A stretch of DNA of 63,275 bases, the filler included, from Bigelowiella natans CCMP2755 (taxonomy: Eukaryota; Protista; Cercozoa): assembly GCA_000320545.1 (NCBI GenBank). It is 5 parts of 5 records of this genome, joined end to end, with 100 filler letters (N's around TTAATTAATTAA, not from the genome) between each part and the next. Parts side by side here need not be neighbours in the genome. Positions count along the whole stretch, not along the records: positions 25,413 to 56,829 come from ADNK01000842.1; 4 more parts are not named here. One strand, given 5' to 3'. The notes beneath the pieces were generated by a model that worked only from the letters and a program-made list of their open reading frames with translations, made no database searches and was not told the origin of the DNA. The position numbers and the translations under genes are program-made. Below, piece after piece: positions 40,894-54,505 of this stretch. Every line of letters begins with the position of its first letter. Within the stretch, counting starts at the first letter, position 1.

Positions 40894-42589
40894 CGCATTC
40901 TATATATGGCACCAGGGCGTTACGTGCACATGCGCTTTCTCCGTCCTCATGCAGACGCCAACATTGACATCGACAGGGTGCGGAATGCAAAGCAAACATT
41001 CTCTCTCCCTCTCTCTCTATGCTCTATGCGCTATGCTCTATGCTCTATGCTTTCCCCCCCTCCCTGGTCTCGAATCTCTTCCCCTTATCATGCTACTACC
41101 TAAGTACATGGAGCTTGTCGAGCCCGTAATTGTTACAAGCTGCTGTTGCCGTACTTGTTATTGTCGCGCTACTCCAACAACCTGCTGCACAAACTGATCT
41201 TAGCCGCACCACCATCACCATCTCCACTACCTCCTCCTCCTTCCTCCTCCTCCTCCTCCGCTAGATTCACATATTGGGGGTGGTCCCTGAGAGTGCAGAG
41301 TTCTCCAGGATTACGTCGTCGTCGTCGTCAACGACGAAGCCTCTTGCAGGCATTGAGGTATCGTATGTATTCACCAGCAACGAGGAGGAGGAGGAGGGGG
41401 AGGAGGAATGCAACCACAACGACTAACAAACACTACGAACGACATTCTGCTAGCAGCTGCGCTGAGACAATGAGAACCGTAGCAGAACGGCATGCAAATA
41501 GTAGCGGGAAGGCTGAAAATAACAACGGAGAAAATGCGGCACTTATCGTATCTCCTTATTTCGGTCGTTTACGTTGTGCTCGTGCACGCAGGTGGGGAGG
41601 GATGCATGCATGGCTCTGGGCGCATCGAGACCTCCTTTGTCCACGTTCAATGAATTCAGGTATAGTAATAGACATTGCTATGCCGCGCCCTTGCCAACCC
41701 CACTGCGTGATGTCCCTCCATACAAATCGACGGTGACGAGGGGGGGGGGGGAGGACACGCTGTTTCGTCGTCTGGGTCCATCTGTCGCTCTCTGAGAGGA
41801 AGTGCAATACATTCGTCGTGCATGCGTGTGTACCTGCTCCTCCTCCTCCTGCTGCTGCTGCTGCTGCTGCTGCGGTTTCTTCTTCCTCCTCTTATTGTCG
41901 ATGTTGTTGTTGTTGTTGTTGTATCAGATTCGATCTGATGGAGCGTATTCAGAGCGGCACGATAGCGCTGCTCCTTCTCCCCACCCCCGCATCTCAGCGC
42001 GAGATTGAGGGAATGAACCAATTTCTCGCTGGAGTGGCCGAGATCGCACAGAGGGAGTGGACTGACTCTGGTGTGCGCGACCGCGGGGGGAGGGGGGGGG
42101 GGGGAGAACAGCACGCACACACACACACACACACGCAAACACATGTGCATAGAAGCCAATACGGGTGAATAGAGTATATACTTGCCGTCCTTCTATGCTA
42201 CTTGCTTAAAGGCCTCGAGTTTTACTACCACGTCTTCGATCTGGGAGCTACGGATCCAACGACGCGGGCTGCCTCGTTCCTCCGGGTGATATCTATTAAC
42301 CATTCAAAATACACAGAAGAGAGATTAGCGTTGTTAGTAATGATAACGGCAATTTGGAAAAATGACGATAACTTTCGTCCCGCGGTCGTGTGTCATAGGC
42401 GTTTTCCATGCAGACACATGTGAATACAAAAATATACAAAGAGTATCATGTGTATATATGCGTATATAATTACATATATATATATATATATATTTATTTA
42501 TTTATTTATATGTATATCGTAAGGGTCTTTTCGTGTCGCAAGATCACCCAGGAATGGTGCTTGGAATAAGGGAGAGCGACGGTGGGACA

Positions 42590-42628
<39 letters not shown>

Positions 42629-42743
42629 CGTGTGTGTGTGTGTGTGAGTGTGATTCTTTGTAACATCGGATTGAACCTGGGTCTTTATTACGATAGCTTG
42701 TGTGCTGATATGGATATGTATACCAATCGTTGTTATCATCACC

Positions 42744-42775
<32 letters not shown>

Positions 42776-43654
42776 TATCACCATAGGGACCAGATACCTA
42801 TTCGACTCCTCCTCCTCTTCGGGAGAGAAGAAGAAGAAGGAGCTTGCTACGACGGCAGACGACTACGAAGATATATCGTAAGCAGCTGACAAGCAGAACT
42901 GTTTTGATAAAGATAGTGGTGGCGTTGCGACTATGTGATAATGAAGATGAATGGGTTGTTAACGTCCCCTCCCCTCCCCTCGTCCATGCATCGCGTTGCA
43001 TGCGTCGTGCGTCATCACGGCGTGCACGCAACAGCTCAGCTCCCTGACCTTTGAAATATATACAATGCCCAGGGTGGGGTTCATGTCGTGGTGCGAGATG
43101 TACACGCGCGGGGAGGTCGCTCAACACTGGAAGTCGGAGAAACTTCTCGGTAAGATTGTCCCGCCGCTGCCATCTTCCACGGAGATCATCACACGGGAAA
43201 GCTTTCAGGTGGGGAGAAGTAGGAAGAACCGATGTCTTCTAACTACCAATTAGTGGGAGTAACAATACCCGAGAAGAAAGTAGCCTTTTTGTCCTCTCCT
43301 TCTCCTCTTCCTCCTCCTCCTCCTCTGCTCGCTGCTTATTCCCCCCGTCATTCTGCCAAGTTGCTCACCATCTCTCCCTCTCCCTCCCCCCCCCTCTTTC
43401 TCTCTCCTCACCCCTCCCCCTCCCCCCCCCCATGTTGCTGTTCTCTCCGTTGCTATTACTATTACTATCATCCTTGGTTATCACGCCATCGCTCGTCGTT
43501 GGTAGGAGAGTCTGGCAGCATGCAGAGGAAGCTCCCTAGTGTGTGTCCATTACAACGGTAGGTACGGGATGGTAGAGTAGATGTTGATAACAATAGCTGG
43601 AGGCTATACACCGAATCGTTTGCAAAAGCCCACAAATACTCGAACAAACACACA

Positions 43655-43688
<34 letters not shown>

Positions 43689-44318
43689 ATCATAATCATC
43701 ATTATCATCATCACCATCATCGTCATTGTCATTCGCCTCTCATTGAATTACATGACGATGGGCCTACTTCTTGCTCAGGCCTGCAGCCTTCCCCCTCGCT
43801 CCTCGCGCCTCCTCGAGGCGGTAGCTCTGACGCCAAAGGGGGGATGCTGGTACTACACACGACGCATATTCGCACCACGTGATAGTGCCTTTCTCGAGCT
43901 GAAGGCCACTCATCTGACTCTTGTTGATGTCTACCGCTGCTGCTGTTTCCTCTCACCGCAGGGTGATGCTGAGACCGATGGGGGGGCAAGGTGCATATGC
44001 GTGTGCGCGTGTGTGGATGCAGTTGTGACAGCAGCAGTCAGGAAGACGAAGAAGACCGCCGCCGCGGTAAATCTCTATCCATCTTCCTCATAAATTAAGT
44101 ATATTTGTGCATGCGTGTGTGAGTGTGGGTGTGACTATGAGTGTGCGTGCTCACTTCTATTCTCTCTCCTCTGTGCTGCATTGCGAAGAAGGAAGAGGAA
44201 GAGACGTCGCCGCCTTTCAAGTGCTTTTTGTTCGACTACGAGGCCAATGATGTAGAGCCCAAGGTCGGTTGGAAGCCGTATGTGCGTGTTTGTATGTGTG
44301 TGTGTGTGTGTGTGAGAG

Positions 44319-44357
<39 letters not shown>

Positions 44358-45328
44358 TTTTTAATACTTATTACCCCTCATCCGTCTCCTAATTCTTGTT
44401 CCTCGTACAAAAGTGGCTCCCTGACGAGTTGGCGCCCCCGTTTTTAGCCTGGTATCTACCTACGCACGCACTGCACTTGCATACACACCTATCAGTATAA
44501 ACGATACGTGAACATCATATACATGTGCGTGTGCGTGTGCGTGATTCTATTTTCGAGCAATGGGGACCTCCTTCTCCTCAGCCCGTGTTTCACCGCTATC
44601 CTCATCATTCTTGTCATACGAGTGGATTGTTGTTGTTATCCTCGATGCTCCTCCTCCTCCCCCGCCTCCTCCTCCTCCTCCTCACATTTGTTTCTTTCCC
44701 CGTGCGCTCCCACCACCCCCTCCTCCTCCTCCCCGAAGGTTCTCCAAAGCAGGACACCCGCCCGGGAAATCATCGGCCAAGAAGAAGAAGAAAAGTCGGC
44801 GTTAGATATCGGATTAGAGATAACGAACGAACGAGAACGAACGGAAAGAGAGCCAGAGAAGCCAACTCGAAGAATTGCTGATGCCAGGAGGGAAGGGAGA
44901 GGAGAGCGGAGAGCGGAGGGAGAGAGAGAGAGCGAGAGAAAGAGAGGCTTATCCTTGCACTATAGGGGAGTGGTCCGCTTGATCATATCACATCCCACAC
45001 GTGTGCTGAACATGCTGCAACTCTCTCTCTAGGAGGAGGCAAGGGGGGCGCATCGTCGTCGTCGTCGTTTGCTGGGCGGATGTTAGGAAGGCAGGTAGTA
45101 GTAGTAGCCAGCCTGTCTTGCTGTGTGCATTCAAACGCCAGAAGAAGATTTTGAGTTATACTTCGGTAGTGATAGCGTAGTGAGCGCAGCAGATAGAGCA
45201 GCAGCAGTAGTAGTAGTAGTAGTAGAAGAAGAAGAAGATGATGAAGAAGAAGGAGCCGTCATCGTCGTCGGCTCTAGAGATGTAAAAAACTGTTACAACC
45301 GACCAACATGCAGTAACCGATGCAACAT

Positions 45329-45365
<37 letters not shown>

Positions 45366-45571
45366 AACACACCAACACACCAACGTACACACACACACAC
45401 ACACACGCGTCATGGCTGCTGGCCTGTCTGCTCAATAGGAGAAGAAGGCGGTGATGCACGGATCGCGCGTTCGGTCGAAGGGTATTCTTCAGTAGTAGCC
45501 TACTACTAAAACAACAGAAATGGAACAGAAGAATATGCAGTACAACTGTCATAATCTCTACATATATGTAA

Positions 45572-45615
<44 letters not shown>

Positions 45616-46541
45616 AGGAGTCCGCATACACACACACACACACACACACACACATGCATGCATGCATGCATGCATATATACGCGACATACTATTGACCTT
45701 CGTCTTCAAGTATCATTCAACTACCCCAAACTTCAGTTGATACGGTGAATTTGGTCAAGTTTGTGCACAAGAAGCTTTCCAAAGTAGTAGCAGAAGTAGT
45801 AGTAGTAGAAGCAGTAGTAGCCGTAATAATGATAGTAACAATGGTGGTAGTTCACATACACACACACACACACACTTACATGAATTGAATGTATAATTTC
45901 ATAGATATCCGCATAAGCTTTCTTTCCTAGCCTCCCCTTTTCACCTTTGTAGCACTCATAAAAAATCCCCTCCTCCTCCTCCACCACCACCTCCTCCTCT
46001 TCCTCATCACCATTGTCACCATCATCATATCTTCTTGGCACGACACCACACCACCACCACCACCTCCACAGCAAGACAAATTCCCATTAAACGCGGCGCT
46101 GGAGGATGCAGAGAGATTCGACAACTCCATGCCTGCCAGAATAAAGGTAGTAGCAGAGAAGCCGATCTCAACACGCACTAGCACGGCTATTTTGTCGCAT
46201 TTAGAAAACGCAAACACACACACACACACACACACACACCACTAGGCGCGTAGCGCATACGCGAGCATCCGTTGAATCGTCTGTATCTTCGGCAGGCATT
46301 TCAGATCCTACTGCTCCTCCACCGTCCTTCCCCTACCGCAACGACGCCCAGCATTGGCAATAGTGATGGTGGTGGTGGTGGTAATAATAATAGTAGTAGC
46401 GGTGGTAGTGGTGGTGAAAGCGTCACAACTCTGGATGCAAAGCTGACGGCAGAGGTATGTATTCAAAACGACAAGAATTCGACCGAACCCTACTCATTCA
46501 TCCCATTCACCACCCCCCTTCCCAACGCGCATGTATCACCA

Positions 46542-46580
<39 letters not shown>

Positions 46581-46857
46581 GTTAGGTTGTATTGTTGTTT
46601 CTTCAGATGGAGGCCGATTTAACGGATGTCCGCGAAATGATATGGGACCCCGATAAAGGTGCTGAATCGACGGAAATTGATGAGATGCATGTGTGAGTGG
46701 AACATAAATATACAACCTCCTTCTCACAGGCGAAGCGCTTGCGGTTGCTGTCGCAAAGGTGGAGGCCTCCATGACGAAAACGGAAACCAGCGCAGAGGGA
46801 GAGTCTGAAGCGGGAGAGGGGGGGGGGGGATGAATTGCCAAAAGTTCCTAGAAAATA
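38590..46857 (+). CDS. Large spliced protein with an N-terminal galactose-binding-like beta-sandwich and putative thioredoxin/PDI-like segments; boundaries uncertain
   Basis: Phase-consistent exons EYGI|ENVLQDEGIHCSKPGK|NFDLLLEF...|LIRGSPACSAPLKNAI|VFVSE...GRYVHMRFLRPHADANIDIDR|IHILG. Later exons include FLFDYEANDV and NLVKFVHKK. Confidence 0.55.
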
Positions 46858-47383
46858 AAAATTGGATGCAGCTTGTTGTGCCTCGCATGTCGACCTTTAC
46901 TATGCGGGGAAAGCGCGCGCTCTGTTCCGCGCAATGAATTGCTGCAGCCAGCCGTCACAAACCTTAGGTCATATGTAATGCTTTGTAGAAATGCGCCATA
47001 ACAAAGTTTGAAGATGCACAGATATCATCCATCATCCTACTAAAACAATTTAAATATGAATTACATGCAGTACGATTCGTAGTACTGGCTATTTAGCTGC
47101 TTTGACAGCCTGTTGGTTATATATCGGGTTTCGAATTGTGCTTCATTGAGCTAAGTTGGTTGAGCATGCACTTGCGCATAGTTGCTTACAGTATTAAGAG
47201 GCTCGCTGTTACGTTAAATAACACGTATGTCTTGGACTGAATGGACTTGCAAAGCATATGTAGCTGAGCATCATTATCATTCGTCAATAACATTACGGCT
47301 CCGCGCGCAACTTTGCAGGAAAGACTTTTTCTTTGGATATGCAACATGCACATAGAATGCGGGTCAACGTTCATAATTATTTG

Positions 47384-47579
47384 TTATAATTTGCTTCGCA
47401 CATCCATAGATGATTGTCTATTACTCGAGTTCTTCACTGTTGGTTTCTTCTTTGGAGTCCGGCGAATGGGCGCGAGGCGGATCATAATCTCCTGTGATAC
47501 TGTCGCCTGAGGAATGGGACATCAAGCACAATGATAATGAGAAAAGCTGCATATAATCAGGATTCAAGTTTGTGCATGC

Positions 47580-47616
<37 letters not shown>

Positions 47617-47876
47617 TCTCTTGCCGGAGGGCTAACGAAATACATAGAACTCAAAGATGCAGCAAGCTAGTGACCACATGAACTCCCCTTTCCGTGAACA
47701 TCCTGCCCACACAGCTAAAACGATAATGGAAGGAACAAAGATCTTCTTTATGATTAAATCATCGCAAGCTTTTATGATAACGATCGCTGCTTTGCTACGA
47801 CGACGCACGCAATAATAGCATGCAATTTCTAGAGGGAAAGAAGAACAAACTGGGACGCGGAAAGGTCAACGAGAAT

Positions 47877-47916
<40 letters not shown>

Positions 47917-48613
47917 GAGAGAGAGATAAGGAAATTTACGCACAATCCTCGGCTCCCAGCAGCACGTGGAGATCGTACGTCATATCTGGCAGGAAAACCA
48001 ACAACCCCAAGAACATATTCTTCATATTATCGCGAGAGAATTAATACTTCAAACTAATATGAAGAAGCAGTAAACAACAATATTGTTAACGTCCTCTCAA
48101 CTTTGCAGAGACAAGGAAGGATATTTAAAAACAATCGCCATCTCCCACTTTCCCCTTTCCTCCACCTTCCCCACGCCCCCTTTTTTTCAAGGAATCCGGC
48201 GAAATCTCATATTTCTCCCGGTCAAATCTCATATTTCTCCCGGTCGGCAGCATCAAGGCGGTTATAGTCCGAACGACTACTCAATTTTGTGCTGCTTACA
48301 GGAGCCATTCCATCGAGTTGAAGGGGGGGGCATGAAACCAAATGGAGTGATCTATGGAGGCCATCTGCGTTTTATTTCATATATTAGCGGAAACAGCAGA
48401 GGGCGGGGGAACATGCATGCAGTAATAGAGAGCGCTGCCAGAGGCACAGCAATCTGCGGTAGCACTGACTATCCATGCATCGTATCCTCCTCCTGCTACA
48501 CAGCAACGAAAAATGGGGGGCGGGGGGCGTCGACCTGATGAATCTTCCTCTCAGTTCCGATTCGATGCTGTTTTAAACTTGTCCCGCCCAGACCCTGAAA
48601 ACAACCGTTTTTT

Positions 48614-48653
<40 letters not shown>

Positions 48654-48843
48654 ATATGATTGGAAAATGCTATGGTATCTGTCGTGGTACGTCAGTGGTG
48701 CCCAAATATTACTACTACTACTACTACTACTACTACTGCTACAACTACTCTACTACTACCCAGTCGCTCATGTAGGCTATTGCGCATTGCTGGAAGGTGA
48801 TGTCGTCTGCTGGTCCAGATCTACCGTTGTTGTTCGTCAAAAT

Positions 48844-48887
<44 letters not shown>

Positions 48888-49963
48888 ACATACACACCGA
48901 GTGAGCCATCCTTATTCTCATTCACACTTCTTCCTCTCAAACATGAGTCGTCTCACGTCGCTACTCTCTGTCCCATTTTCGCCATCACCGAACAACTGTC
49001 GCCGAGCGGTACTTACTCCGTATTTCGCATCCAATACGACTGTCTTCGTCCGCGATCCACAGGGCCTTTCCCTCCCCACGCGCCCCGATCACTGCGCCTA
49101 TGAGTAGCATGCCACAACAAGGAGGCTGAGAAGGTTGAAGGAATGATGAGAGCGCGAGAGTGAGGCGAGGAGTTCCTGTATATCTCCACGTTATGAAATG
49201 CTGCAATATGGTATTTCCATCCATCGAGGAGAGCGCGCATACACGCGCACACGCACGCAAACACCAACACACAGACACAAACAGGACGCATATGTGTGCA
49301 CCATAAATAGCGGCACAAGAACATCATCGTATTCGGGAGCTGTTGATGCAATACCGGAAGGTGACCGCTGCTGCTGCTGCAGGAGCAAGCCACATCTCTA
49401 CGGGTGGAGGAACTCTCACCTAGGACCAACAACAAAAACAACAACAACATAGACAAAGAAAGGAGAGAATATCAAACAGTAGGAGGGAGGGAGTAGGAAG
49501 ATGATAGCATCCATTCTCCACACGATCAGCACCAGCATTGGGGAGATGCGAAGACCGAGTCGTCGCCTCATCATCATTATCATCATCACCACCACCACCA
49601 CCATTATCGTCATCACCATCATCATCATTCCTCTAGTCTAATCTGAAATCAACCCCACATACGCATTTAGAGCAACGACGAGGAGTGAAACAACAGCACA
49701 CCTTTCCTTTTCCAAGCTGCCTCCCATTATGTTCGGACTGAATGTTCGCTCCTGCCTCCATGGACTTCTGCGGCGACAGCACTCGTGGCATCTGGGCGGG
49801 CGGAGGATAGCACCGAAGCAAAAAGAAACAACGCTCAATCAACCTCTCGTCGCAATCTGTCCACCTGTAGCTCAGGCCGCAGCACCAGCAGCAGCAGACA
49901 AAGGTAAAGAAGGGTTTGCGGAATGGATGAAGAGCCGCATGTCGCTGCTGACTGAGATTTGGC

Positions 49964-49997
<34 letters not shown>

Positions 49998-51220
49998 CGG
50001 TGTTTCTTACCCTCGACTGATGTACGGCTGCGTACTCGTCCTCGGGGATATGAAAGCTCGCCTTTCATGGAGAGCATTTCAGGGAGACGGGGGAGGAGGA
50101 GGAGGAGGAGGAGGAGGAGGAGGAGGATTACAACGGAACATATACGCGTGAAACAATCACACACTACCGACAGGACGAGGATGGTCTTGCCTTCCTGTGT
50201 CGCGGTGACTCTTCGGACCTGTTGTGCGCCCAAACAAACGCACATATCCGCAAAAGACGCATAGAAAAAGGAGAGGGGTTGGGGACGCGCTCGAAACTGT
50301 TGTCGTCAACTATTGGTTGTGAAATAACTATTGGCAAGCACAAGGCCGTACGCTGTAGCTTCGCCCTTCACGTGCCTTTTCTGCGGTAGGAAACGAAAAC
50401 GATTTTTGAGTGAAGATCTGTCACCGATGGTTCAACATTTGATATGTCTTGGAATGAATCTATTACCCACGCTGAACACGATGGGCTTCGATGCGTCTCC
50501 TGAATATATGATCCGAAACGATTCCAACAGGAAAAACCGAATCAAACGTAGGATTCAACTCCCTCCCCGATTTGAAATGAAAAGCCTATCGCGAACTATC
50601 CCCCAATGCAGGAGGAGGCGGAATACCTGCGCGTAAGAAGTAAGCGTGTAGCGAATGCGCGGGCTTTGTGGACTCCAACGTGCGAAATGCTGCCATCAAT
50701 GCCTACATGGGACATCATAATCCTCGTTTCATAAAAAGAGATAGGATGAGTACGGGTAAAAGGTAGAAGGGCACCTGAGCAATCGTCTGTCCGCCAAATA
50801 CCCTTTTCCACGACACCTTTCGCAAACCACAACACAGTTCTGCTTAGGGGGCGGAAGAAGGAATAGTGCTGGGGATCCATCATTATACAGCGAACATTCG
50901 CTGTATCTTCTGTGTGTTACCCCGGAAGATCAAGCTGTCTATCCTCTCTGAGTGGGGAACAAGAGTGGTTTGAGTTGAATCATGGGCTGCTTCGAGTAGT
51001 GCGATTTTGTTTTGTATTAGAGGGTGGGGGTTTAATGAGAGACCCAAGTTGAGAAGTTCACGCAGCACTGAGGTTGTAGTAATGTCGCCTACAATCGTAT
51101 ACAGGCAATTCTTAAGATGCTGCCTTTGTACTTGTATTCGAGTATGCACACACGAAGCAAATGTAGTGTCAACCGACCTTTGGGCGTTGCTACAACGGCT
51201 GCCCTAGCATCCTTTCCCAT
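47384..51220 (-). CDS. ACOT8: Peroxisomal acyl-CoA thioesterase II (TesB/ACOT8 family) with PTS1 SKL
   Basis: RVFGGQTIAQ|ALMAA, HSLHAYFLRAGD, REGRSYS, VTATQEG, IAYMSDW, MASIDHSIWFH, EWLLY..SPRAAGSRGL, ATVSQE; ends RSKL*. Confidence 0.92.
48202..48245. repeat. Perfect 22-bp tandem duplication in an ACOT8 intron
   Basis: AAATCTCATATTTCTCCCGGTC occurs twice in tandem. Confidence 0.9.
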
Positions 51221-51860
51221 GACCTGTTTGTCACATGACCATCCGATACAGATTAGCATGCTGACATCCTATTAATTTTCTGCGTCTTCCCCCTTTAGGC
51301 TCATCTAATCTGACCCACAAACCTACTTCCTGGTAGGGGGGCTCTCCGTTTTCCGAGGCTTCTTTCCCTTTTATGATATTCTACGATAAATAAGCCAAAA
51401 ACATCGAATTAAAATAGGTATATATTTCTAATTACTGGCCAGAAATAGTTTGCTGTGGACCCAACTGGTCAAAATAGTAGAGGCCGCTGTCCCTGATATT
51501 TCCGGCTTGTAAATCAAACTTGAGTGTTTGGGTTTCGGAGCGGGGGCTCCTCGGTTGCGTCCTGTAGAGAAGAATTTTGCAAGTCGCACGTCAAGAATCA
51601 TGGCCATTTGCTAGGGAAATATCGGGGAAAGGCTGGATCTGGCTGGAACAGCTTGAAAGTGGTAGTTCCCCGAGGTTTTCTTGCTTCCGAAGGGATGAGT
51701 CAGCTTCTTTGCGAGAAAGATGAGTCAGCAGCTGAAGGAAGGAGGAGGTCGAAAATTTAGGATATTATCTCGATGTTTTTGTGTCGAACCTATCGCGCGC
51801 CATAATTCAATATCATCCGGGTCTCCTGTTTATTAACTTGCGTTAGCTCTTTCTGATCGA

Positions 51861-53296
51861 ATGGGGAGAAGGAGGCTCTTCGGAGGAACCGCCACGGCAC
51901 TAGCTCTCCTCTTCTTCATCACCTGCCTTCCTCTTCTCCTTGAGGCGAAAGGAGGAGGCGGGGGGAAAGAAGAGCGGAATTGTGCGTTCCAATCCATTGA
52001 GGAGCTCAACGAGGAGCTCCTCCCGACTCTCAAGGAACTGGTATTATTGCTCGTAATCGGGAGAAGAAAGGGAGAATAGTGAGTGGAAAGAAGAATAAAA
52101 GGAAGAATGTTTGAGGCACTATCAGTATCCTCATCTAACGGAAAGTGCACTTTGGAGACGATCGATCGCTGAAAATATGTCGCTCGTATCAGGTGAAAGC
52201 ACCGTTCTTCAAATTTTATCGCCTATCCCTCTGCGCACAATGTGCACATAAATTCCCACCGCCGATGTGCGCCTCACCGGATTGCGCTGTCTGCGAGGTA
52301 AGCAGTGGTGGCGTTAGTAGAGGGAGGAAACTCTTTATTTTACCTTGCTGATACTCCGGCGTTCCCACAATAGTGTTCGAGCTCTGACTTGCCGTGCGAC
52401 CAGTCTGGACGCTGCTTTTTAGCGCCAGAGAGTGAATCACAGGTAAGGCCTACGAAGAAGCACGTAGTATTAAAACAATGGGGCACACCGAGCTAAGTCT
52501 CGATTGGGTTGTTTTTGTACGTGTCAGAACGATGGCGACCCTAGCTGCGACGGAAGGTGATAGTTTACTTTTGCTCATGATGTATGAAGTAATAGACGCT
52601 TTGATGGAGGTTCTGCGATGAACCTGGAAGATTCGTCTTGTGCATCATTATGGTGGGCAATCTGGAAAAGAGTGTCTTCTGTTCCCAAACCGCACCTGCT
52701 GAGACCTTAATTTGTCTTTTGACGACAAATCAATATACATACTACAGCGACGAGGAGGAAGCTCGACTGAATCTTTTCGTAGACCGCAATATGATGCTGC
52801 CATGGTGAGGATGATAAGAAGAGGAACGATGCGTGTAGATAAACGCGCATATGGTGGCGATGATCAAATTAACAACCACGAACAGTGGTGACCGCGCAAT
52901 GATGATAATGATGGTGATGGGGATGGTGAAGATGATGACGACAATGCTGCCGATGATGCCGCAGCTTGTCATGATATTGGATGAGATTTCCATCTTCCCC
53001 CCCCCCCTCCTCTGGTGCAGGAGCGAAAATGATAGAGATCCGTGGACCTACGACGGCCATCCTAATGGTTCTGAACCCTCTTCCTCCTAATTCCCCCCCC
53101 CCCCTTTCCTCCCTTTTTTTTTGGTAAGTACATATTGCCTGTTTCATTTTCTGGTTTGGTCATTGGTTATTATTATTACGAGGCAGGCGCAGAGCTGTCA
53201 TACGTCGACCTAACGCTGAATCCTGAACGCTGGTCTGGGTAATAATTCGATGCAGAAGCAAGAGGAAATAACCTCTTCATAGATCTATATATATTA

Positions 53297-53345
<49 letters not shown>

Positions 53346-54083
53346 TTACTGAAAGAAAGAAAGGGTGGAAGGGAGAGAGACTGCAAAATATCAACAAAAT
53401 GGATCCTGCGGCGACAGCGTCTCCTACACCAACGAATCTTCGTTGTCGTCGTCCTCCTCCTCCTCCTCCTCCTCCTTCTGCCTTCTGCCTCCTGCTTCTC
53501 CCCCCTCTCTATCGCTCCGTTCGCTGTGTCAATCAGATACTCTGAGAAGCAGGGCTCGACGGATATCTGGCGTGCGATCTACAGCGAAAACTGCAAGACC
53601 AAAGACGGTGATATGATGATGATGATGAAGGAGTGGGGTTTGGACGACGTATGGAGGGCACGACGTTGTCGTTCGTTCGTTTGTTTGTTCGTCCGCCACG
53701 CTACCTTTAGTATAGTAGTAGATGATATATACAGTAAGGAATCTAAGCAAACAGCTACAACAACCAACAGCAGTATGCGTTATTGTCTGTTGTCGTTGTA
53801 TATTCTTTGCGGTATTTCTTCGTCTGTGTCTGTCTTTCTTCTTCTCCTTCTCCTTCTTCTTCTTCTTCTTCTTCTTCTTCTTCTCCTCCTTCTCCTCCTC
53901 CTTCTCATCATCCTCTCTCGTTTGCTGTTCCAGAGGGCGGTGTATGCGAAGGCGAGGAGGCAGTATTCCTGCAGAAACTCATCAGCGGGCTGCACACGTC
54001 CATCACCATGCATATAGTCTCGGATTCGTGCCTGAAACAGTAAGACAGGAGGAAGAAGAAGAAGAAGAGTTTGAGTAGCAGAA

Positions 54084-54118
<35 letters not shown>

Positions 54119-54200
54119 ATCTACGTCTGGGTTGATTCTATCTCTCAGTTTGTCGATCCCCCCCTCCCTACCCATGGTGTATTCCTCTTCCTTGGCCATG

Positions 54201-54247
<47 letters not shown>

Positions 54248-54465
54248 TTCTTTCTCTCCCACCACGACGTAGGCAAAAGCACGGCGAGTGCCTGCAATGG
54301 GGACCTGACGTGGAGGTAGCTGTCTTTATCATCTCGTGTTGTGACGCCATGTTACGTCCTCATGTCTCTGTCTCTCCTTCGCATTGTTCGCACGGCTCTC
54401 TTTTTTGGAGGAGGAGGAGGAGGGAGGAGGAGGAAGACCACTAAAATTTCTATCGCACAGCACAC

Positions 54466-54505
<40 letters not shown>

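Noticed and set aside
3349-51220. Two PTS1-bearing lipid enzymes (SRL and SKL) as a peroxisomal cluster
   Set aside because: They are 43 kb apart with unrelated genes between them.
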